Positions 1-6,517 of a stretch of 16,238 bases of DNA are shown here, in pieces. The position numbers and the translations under genes were made by a program. Below the pieces are notes generated by a model, which was given only the letters and a program-made list of their open reading frames with translations, was not told the DNA's origin and searched no databases. Positions within the stretch are counted from its first letter, which is position 1; each line of letters opens with the position of its first letter. Origin of the DNA: Macrostomum lignano (Eukaryota); assembly GCA_002269645.1 (NCBI GenBank), contig NIVC01005253.1, forward strand, positions 1-16,238, given 5' to 3'.

Positions 1-114
1 AGGCTGTGCGACTTTGGCTACTCGCAGGAGATGCTGAGCGGCCGTTCGACAAGCCGCTTGCCGGTGGGACTCCTCCGCTCCTGCCACTGCCGCCCGAGGT
101 GCTGGGAGGGCCAT
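1..114 (+). CDS. Ser/Thr protein kinase exon (5'-truncated by window), subdomains VII-VIII, one internal frameshift
   Basis: Frame from nt 1 reads RLCDFGYSQEML (DFG motif). Frame from nt 63 reads GGTPPLLPLPPEVLGGP (PE of subdomain VIII). Donor GTATGA at 115 is phase 1, matching the acceptor at 361. The DFG and PE frames differ by 1 nt. Confidence 0.8.
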
Positions 115-126
115 GTATGAGATTCC

Positions 127-130
127 AACT

Positions 131-189
<59 letters not shown>

Positions 190-190
190 A

Positions 191-285
<95 letters not shown>

Positions 286-309
286 CTAACTAACTAACTA
301 CTATCTAAC
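127..309 (+). repeat. (CTAA)n tetranucleotide microsatellite, ~45 copies, filling the kinase intron 115-361
   Basis: Nearly pure AACT run with rare AAAT/ATCT variants, lying between donor GTATGA (115) and acceptor CCCCAG (361). Confidence 0.97.
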
Positions 310-361
310 CCAATAACTACTAATGACTCAATAACTATGCCATGCTCCATCCCTACCCCAG

Positions 362-777
362 GCCGTGGCTGCAGCGCTGACTGGTTCAGCTACGGCACGC
401 TGGCCTTCTGGCTGCTGCACCGCCGTTTTCCCATTGTGCCGCCGAGATTCGTCACCGACATCGCCGACTTCGCCAGCCACATGGCTGGCCGGGGCTTCGC
501 CGAGCTCGAGCGCGCGTTCGCTAACAAAGTGAGCCGAGTCTAACCGCGAACTCGTCATCGCCCTGCTGCAGCCGCGGCCGTCTCGGCGGCCAGTGGGATT
601 CTGCGGGTTCGCCGAGCACGCCAGCTGCTGGTGGAGAGCCGCCTGTTCCCGCGGGGTCACCGAGGCTGAGCAGCTGCGCCGGCTGGTTGAGTCCAACCGC
701 TGCTGGCGCCGTTCCTGCGCTGCCGCTGTAGGGCGAAGGCCAGAGGCGACTCGGGCTTGAAGGAGGTCACTTTCTGA
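362..777 (+). CDS. Ser/Thr protein kinase terminal exon, subdomains IX-XI plus C-tail; frameshifted (pseudogene or assembly error)
   Basis: Splicing 114->362 gives PPEVLGGP-C-RGCSADWFSYGTLAFWLLHRRFP, the usual 12-residue spacing from the subdomain VIII Glu to the subdomain IX Asp. Frame from 545 gives RELVIALLQPRPSRRP (subdomain XI), reached only via a 1-nt shift near 541 (TAAC vs TAC). The putative tail PLLAPFLRCRCRAKARGDSGLKEVTF* ends at TGA 775-777 after further shifts; the end point is less certain. Confidence 0.72.
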
Positions 778-1258
778 AGGCATGAGCAGTGATGGACGAT
801 GGACGAACGATAAACGACTGCTGCTATGGCCGGACATTTCCCAAGCATGTCCTGCTGTGGGTGTCCCTTTATGGGTGTTTTGAGATTCTGTGGGTGTTTT
901 GGGGTTTTGTGGGTATTTTGTGATTTCTTGTGTTGTGCTCGGGTTTTAAAGCTGTTTTTTTTGTCACAAGAAGTCTCAGTCCAATCAGTCATGGGAAGAT
1001 TGTGAGATTTATTATCACTAAATGCGTCTCGCACTTTTAGCACAGTCTAACACTTTATCTCGTGACTTTATTCTCGAAAACAATGGTAACCGGGCAGCTC
1101 TGTTATTAAGTTTGTTACATGTAAAAATATTTCACAAAAATTGTTCTGCTTGATCGACCATACCTAAACTCAATGTAATTTTTATTCGACTGGAGTTTAT
1201 CATGTCTGTTTCCTTAATCAGACAAGAAAACACTTTTCAAGCTTTTCCAACGCTTTAT

Positions 1259-1264
1259 AATAAA
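1259..1264 (+). promoter_or_regulatory. Candidate polyadenylation signal of the kinase gene
   Basis: AATAAA ~480 nt after the putative stop, followed by T/GT-rich sequence (gttattttcggttt, ~1312-1326). Confidence 0.45.
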
Positions 1265-1467
1265 ACAAACAGTATCCAATATTTATTTCCGGTGCAATGT
1301 CCTCACGCAGTCGTTATTTTCGGTTTGGGCGGAATTTTAAACAGCAAAAATTCTAAGAATCAGTTTAAATCTTCACTCTTTTCAGCGAGGCCTTGTGGAT
1401 AATTTGCTAAAAAATCTGCGAAAAAAAAATTGCAAAATTGCAAAATAATCAACAGAATCGTCTGAGA

Positions 1468-1530
1468 ATGTCGCGAGACAGACTGCCGGACCTGAGGCGG
1501 GCGATGGCTTTGGGGGAGGATGCTGCTCAG
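1468..1530 (+). CDS. STX1: Syntaxin-1-like, first coding exon (N-peptide)
   Basis: ATG at 1468 reads MSRDRLPDLRRAMALGEDAAQ, matching the syntaxin N-peptide pattern M-x-(K/R)-D-R-L-x-x-L. Donor CAG|GTGAGA, phase 0. Confidence 0.85.
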
Positions 1531-1566
1531 GTGAGAACTGCATCTGATTGACCAGTGCGACTGCTC

Positions 1567-2160
1567 GACAGTGGGACTGTCTGACAATGGGACTGTCTGA
1601 CAATGGGACTGTCTGACAATGGAACTGTCTGATAGTGGGACTGTCTGACAATGGGACTGTCTGACAATGGGACTATCTGACAATGGGACTGTCTGATAGT
1701 GGGACTGTCTGACTATGGGACTATCTGACAATTCTGACAATGAGACTATCTGACAATGGGACTATCTGACAATGGGACTATCTGACAATGGGACTGTCTG
1801 ACAATGGGACTATCTGACAATGGGACTATCTGACAATAGGACTATCTGACAATGGGACTGTCTGACAATGGGACTATATGACAATGGGACTATCTGACAA
1901 TGGGACTATCTGACAATGGGACTATCTGACAATGGGACTATCTGACAATGGGACTATCTGACAATGGGACTATCTGACAATGGGACTATCTGACAATGGG
2001 ACTATCTGACAATGGGACTATCTGACAATGGGACTATCTGACAATGGGACTGTCTGACAATGGGACTGTCTGACAGGGGACTGTCTGACAATGGGACTAT
2101 CTGACAATGGGACTGTCTGACAATGGGACTGTCTGACAGTGGGACTGTCTGACAATGGAC
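1567..2160 (+). repeat. 16-bp minisatellite TGGGACT(A/G)TCTGACAA, ~37 copies, in syntaxin intron 1
   Basis: Direct 16-nt periodicity. The G variant predominates at both ends and the A variant in the centre. Confidence 0.97.
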
Positions 2161-2186
2161 TCTGCGCCTCGCAAATTCGCGCTAAG

Positions 2187-2423
2187 ATCGTGCCAGACGA
2201 AGAAGAGCTCGGCGACGAGAACTTTTCGATGGAACCGGACGATCAGCCGGGCAGGCGCGGAGACCCGAGCGTTGGCAGCGGCCGCGCAACTCCGAAGGCT
2301 TCATGGACGATTTTTTCGCTGACGTCGACGCTGTCCGTCGCCTGATTAACGAAATCGAAGCTAGCGTCTGCAGCGTCAGGATGAAGCACTCGCACATCCT
2401 GGCCTCGCCAAACAACGACCAGA
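2187..2423 (+). CDS. STX1: Syntaxin-1-like exon 2 (linker + Ha helix); 5' boundary uncertain (2187 or 2279)
   Basis: 2300-2423 reads FMDDFFADVDAVRRLINEIEASVCSVRMKHSHILASPNNDQ (cf. STX1A FMDEFFEQVEEIR...KHSAILASPNPDE). Donor GTGAGT at 2424, phase 1. The acidic stretch IVPDEEELGDENFSMEPDDQP (2187-2249) is in another frame. Confidence 0.85.
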
Positions 2424-2587
2424 GTGAGTTTCTGCGGAGTGAAATCACTCTCTAGACTCTTGACTGATCGGAGTGAGTGAACTCACTCTGGCACACCATG
2501 ACTGATCTCAGTGAACTCACCCACCCTTGAGCAGGCAGTTTCTGCTTCAAATCTTCATTATTCAGGACCCAAATCCATTTGTTGCAG

Positions 2588-2662
2588 AAACAAAGGAAGA
2601 ACTTGAAGTCCTGATGCAGAACATCAAGACCAACGCTAACAAAGTGCGAATGAAGCTCAAAG
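2588..2662 (+). CDS. STX1: Syntaxin-1-like exon 3 (Hb helix), 75 bp
   Basis: TTGCAG| (K)TKEELEVLMQNIKTNANKVRMKLK |GTTCGT, phase 1-1; cf. STX1A [24 protein letters not shown]. Confidence 0.95.
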
Positions 2663-2678
2663 GTTCGTGGCTACTGTT

Positions 2679-3057
2679 TATTGGGATCATTATCCCCTCA
2701 GAGCTCATTGGATCATTATCCCCCCGCCACTCATTAGGATCATTATCCCCCACCAGATTTCATTGGGATCATTAACCCCCACCAGAGATCATTGGATCAT
2801 TAAACCCCACCAGAGATCATTGGATCATTATCCCCCACCAGAGATCATTGGGATCATTATCCCCCACCAGATTTCATTGGTGATCATTAACCCCCGGAGT
2901 TCATTGGGATCATTATCCCCCCAGAGTTCATTGGGATCATTATCCCCCCAGAGTTCATTGGGATCATTATCCCCCACCAGAGATCATTGGGATCATTATC
3001 CCCCACCAGATTTCATTGGTGATCATTAACCCCCCGGAGTTCATTGGGATCATTATC
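2679..3057 (+). repeat. ~26-29-bp minisatellite CATTGGGATCATTATCCCCCACCAGAGAT, 14 copies
   Basis: Units start at about 2679, 2706, 2732, 2761, 2790, 2818, 2846, 2875, 2902, 2929, 2956, 2985, 3014 and 3042. Length variation is mostly in G and C homopolymer runs. Confidence 0.93.
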
Positions 3058-3116
3058 ACATTCATTAACAGCTGACAGTCAGGTCACATAGCAACCGACT
3101 CCCATCGAATCTCCAG

Positions 3117-3192
3117 CCGTTGAGCAGGGTCTTGAGCAGAGTGAGCTGTCCGACGGTGGATCCACAGCCGACGTGCGAATCCGCAAAACCAG
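3117..3192 (+). CDS. STX1: Syntaxin-1-like exon 4 (Hb-Hc linker); 1 nt short at the 3' end
   Basis: CTCCAG| (A)VEQGLEQSELSDGGSTADVRIRKT+AG |GTAAAT; cf. [24 protein letters not shown]. At 76 bp it ends in phase 2, but the next acceptors are phase 0. Confidence 0.88.
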
Positions 3193-3358
3193 GTAAATTT
3201 CTGCTTTTACTGTTGCAGATTCTGACAGAAAAACAGGAAAGAAATTAATCGGCTTTCCCGCTCAGTCCAACACAAGAGCCTCTTAAAAATTTTTGCATAA
3301 ATTATTTTGCTAAAATCTCCGAAATACCAGAAAGTTTTAAAGCATTATTGCTTTGCAG

Positions 3359-3467
3359 CACTCGACAATCACGCGAAAGTTCATAGAGACAATGAGCGAG
3401 TACAACAGGGCCCAGTTGGAGTACCGCAGCGGCTGCAAGGCTCGGATTAGACGCCAGATGGAGATCA
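3359..3467 (+). CDS. STX1: Syntaxin-1-like Hc-helix exon, copy a (109 bp)
   Basis: TTGCAG| [36 protein letters not shown]+A |GTAATC, phase 0-1; cf. [36 protein letters not shown]. Confidence 0.95.
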
Positions 3468-3610
3468 GTAATCCGAGGCTTAGTTCGATTTGGCTAGACT
3501 CCTGTGCTGACTGGTGGCGCTGGTGAAGGCAAAATATTTTACCAGATATTAGTTGCACGCTGGCCCCTATTGGTGCGATCGTTTGGCGGTTAATTTTAAT
3601 GAATTCTTCT

Positions 3611-4463
3611 CTCTCTGTGCACACTTGATTGGACTCAGTGGCTGCCGGTTCTTATCTCTCTGTACACACTTGATTGGACTCAGTGGCTGCCGGTTCTTAT
3701 CTCTCTGTACACACTTGATTGGACTCAGTGGCTGCCGGTTCTTATCTCTCTGTACACACTTGATTGGACTCAGTGGCTGCCGGTTCTTATCTCTCTGTAC
3801 ACACTTGATTGGACTCAGTGGCTGCCGGTTCTTATCTCTCTGTACACACTTGATTGAACTCTATGGCTGCCGGTTCTTATCTCTCTGTACACACTTGATT
3901 GAACTCTATGGCTGCCGGTTCTTATCTCTCTGTACACACTTGATTGAACTCTATGGCTGCCGGTTCTTATCTCTCTGTACACACTTGATTGAACTCTATG
4001 GCTGCCGGTTCTTATCTCTCTGTACACACTTGATTGGACTCTATGGCTGCCGGTTCTTATCTCTCTGTACACACTTGATTGGACTCAGTGGCTGCCGGTT
4101 CTTATCTCTCTGTACACACTTGATTGAACTCTATGGCTGCCGGTTCTTATCTCTCTGTGCACACTTGCACACTTGCACACTTGAACTCTATGGCTGCCGG
4201 TTCTTATCTCTCTGTACACACTTGATTGGACTCAGTGGCTGCCGGTTCTTATCTCTCTGTACACACTTGATTGAACTCTATGGCTGCCGGTTCTTATCTC
4301 TCTGTGCACACTTGCACACTTGCACACTTGAACTCTATGGCTGCCGGTTCTTATCTCTCTGTACACACTTGATTGGACTCTATGGCTGCCGGTTCTTATC
4401 TCTCTGTACACACTTGATTGGATCTCTATGGCTGCCGGTTCTTATCTCTCTGTACACACTTGA
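3611..4463 (+). repeat. 45-bp minisatellite CTCTCTGTACACACTTGATTG(G/A)ACTC(AG/TA)TGGCTGCCGGTTCTTAT, ~19 copies
   Basis: 45-nt period with two variant classes and two 57-bp units. It accounts for ORFs 3553..4626 and 3815..4072. Confidence 0.97.
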
Positions 4464-4982
4464 TCTCGCGTATCCGCGTACCTCCCATATTTTACTCCGA
4501 AACACAATATTATTTAGAAAAGTGTCTATTGATAAAAATAATTTTAGTAGCCTTGTGTTCACCCGAATCTCAGTCTGGCTCAATAACAGGTATAAAAACT
4601 GGCTTCTGTTTTTGGGGGAGTGCTAGATGTCTTGGGGATCCCACTGGGGCGCTGAGCTGCAGAAGAGCGTCATAAAAAGCTTGCAGCAGGCACCAGGCTG
4701 AACTGAATGCCTGCGTGCCAAACTGCTGAAGCCTCAATTTGATTGACTGCACTATTCGATGTGGCCGCTTGTTGAGTGACGCCCCACTTCGCTTCCAGTG
4801 ACTTGTCGTTGCATTATTAATTTGCACGTCAGCCGATTGCAGAAAAATCCAATCAAAAGTGTCAGTTGAAAGTGAAATTTTAAATCATTTTCAGCAGCTG
4901 CTCAGATATCTTAGAGACCTAACTCGTTCCCCACCTCTCTCTCAGACCTCTCTCCAGGTCTCCCTCCCTCCGATTTCTGCGT

Positions 4983-5400
4983 CAGATCTCTCTGCATCAG
5001 ATCTCTCATAAGATCTCTCATCAGATCTCTCATCAGATCTCTCATCAGATCTCTCATCAAATCTCTCATCAGATCTCTCATGAGATCTCTCATCAGATCT
5101 CTCATCAAATCTCTCATCAGATCTCTCATCAGATCTCTCATCAGATCTCTCATCAGATCTCTCATCAAATCTCTCATCAGATCTCTCATGAGATCTCTCT
5201 CATCAAATCTCTCATCAGATCTCTCATCAGATCTCTCATCAGATCTCTCATCAGATCTCTCATCAGATCTCTCATGAGATCTCTCTCATCAAATCTCTCA
5301 TCAAATCTCTCATCAGATCTCTCATCAGATCTCTCATCAGATCTCTCATCAGATCTCTCATCAGATCTCTCATGAGATCTTTCATCAGCTCTCTCAGATC
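4983..5400 (+). repeat. 12-bp tandem repeat ATCTCTCATCAG, ~34 copies
   Basis: 12-nt period with CAA and ATGAG variants. It accounts for the (MRDL)n and (RSLI)n ORFs. Confidence 0.97.
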
Positions 5401-5487
5401 CTCGCAGAGGATACCTACTGACATGCAGAGCTTCTCTAGTGAAGCCGTCAGTCAGAGCAGCGCGGCCCGCACCCACCGCAATTCCAG

Positions 5488-5596
5488 CACCTGACGCTTT
5501 CCCGCAAATTTGTGGACGCCATCAGCCGCTACAACGCCTGCCAGATCGCCTTCAGGCAGGGCTGCAAGGCGAAGATTTCTCGCCATTTAGCGCTCA
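5488..5596 (+). CDS. STX1: Syntaxin-1-like Hc-helix exon, copy b (109 bp), candidate mutually exclusive alternative exon
   Basis: TTCCAG| HLTLSRKFVDAISRYNACQIAFRQGCKAKISRHLAL+A |GTAAGA. Same length and phases as 3359-3467, 16/36 identical residues, no stops. Confidence 0.85.
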
Positions 5597-6411
5597 GTAA
5601 GAAAGCTGCTCTGCGAGCTCGTGGCTTTGAGCTTGAGAAGCATTCAGGCTTGTGCCCGCTCGAATCTTGATTGTTTGTTGCATTGCACGGTGCTTTGTTA
5701 TTTTTATGCCTTGTTGTGGCTTTGGGGCAGCACATTCTGTTGTTAACAGGCGCCCGCCCAGCCATTTGTCAACAATACTGAGTGCTCGCGAACTACAGAG
5801 CTTGAAAAAAATTTGAGAATTGACTTCTGCTGCTAGAAGAAATCTTTATGGCTATTTCCGCTGCTTGAGGACCGTTCTTCTGGTATAAAAGAAAATGTTT
5901 CCGCTCGTCTGTCTTTTTTTCTGCTTCGAACTTGCTATATCCTATATACTAAAAATGAGTTGTCTGTGGGTATGCGATAGATTTCAGAAAAAATGGCTCA
6001 ACCGATTTTCTTCAAACTTGCACCATTCGATCAGAAATTCTCCTGGGACGGTACATGCATCTTGGCTAAGAAATTGCTATATATTAAAGGGATTAAATAT
6101 TCGAAAAACATGCTTTTTTGCAAAGGTCAAGCAAAATTTTCGACTTGAAATGCATTGTAAGAATGCTAGAGAAAAAACTGACTGGCTGAATTTCAATTCT
6201 GATAAAGATTGCATCACAACAAGTAGAAAACAGTGCCGAAGAAATGCACACACGACTTGATTTAAATTGCGTAACCAATATTGCTAACTTGAATTGAAAC
6301 TGATACTGGCTGACTGAGAAATTGATTTTGTCATAACTTTTTACTCTAATTGACTTGCTGTAAGAATTGAATTATAAGGGCCACAATTGATGTACTCCAA
6401 TTGAAAAGAGA

Positions 6412-6488
6412 TAGCCCAGATGCGAACAGACTGGAATGCTAATGTAGCGACCTGGGTTCGAATCTTAGTAGTGCAAAATAATTTTTTT
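6412..6488 (+). promoter_or_regulatory. tRNA-like Pol III A-box/B-box plus oligo-T inside the Helitron (second copy at ~9881-9957)
   Basis: TAGCCCAGATG at 6412; CTGGG-TTCGAAT-CTTAG T-arm geometry at 6452-6468; T7 at 6482-6488. No acceptor stem or anticodon stem can be folded. Confidence 0.4.
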
Positions 6489-6517
6489 ATTAAAACACCT
6501 TGAAAACATGAAACTGC

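Noticed and set aside
127-309. Telomeric repeat, (TTAG)n on the minus strand
   Set aside because: The unit is 4 nt with a single G, not TTAGG/TTAGGG, and it lies inside an intron with valid splice sites.
529-544. GTGAGC at 529 as a donor resolving the kinase frameshift
   Set aside because: It would need a ~16-nt intron with no AG acceptor; V-S-x-x-x-R-E-L spacing fits coding sequence with a 1-nt insertion.
328-837. 169-aa minus-strand ORF
   Set aside because: Antisense shadow of the GC-rich kinase exon; no recognisable motif.
3141-3146. Cryptic donor GTGAGC inside syntaxin exon 4
   Set aside because: Phase 1, incompatible with either Hc exon, and it would delete the conserved ADVRIRK.
3553-4626. 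357-aa ORF with a 15-aa Cys/His repeat
   Set aside because: It is the translation of a stop-free 45-bp minisatellite inside a syntaxin intron; no independent coding evidence.
4470-4980. Possible third Hc exon or other exon in unique intronic sequence (acceptor-like TTTTCAG near 4894)
   Set aside because: No syntaxin-like translation found after the candidate acceptors and no matching donor.
4911-5476. (MRDL)n / (RSLI)n ORFs on both strands
   Set aside because: Products of the 12-bp repeat; open in several frames and on both strands.
5423-5487. Upstream frame MQSFSSEAVSQSSAARTHRNS as a fused copy of exon 4 before exon b
   Set aside because: Only weak similarity (S-A....R.S), needs an extra base to join, and has no phase-1 acceptor. 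The exact 109-bp match favours the acceptor at 5487, though this is not fully excluded.
5750-5782. Phase-1 acceptor TTAACAG giving (S)ARPAICQQY* as the next or terminal exon
   Set aside because: No similarity to the expected GRTTTSEELEDMLESGN exon and no nearby AATAAA; the real next exon is presumably beyond the window.
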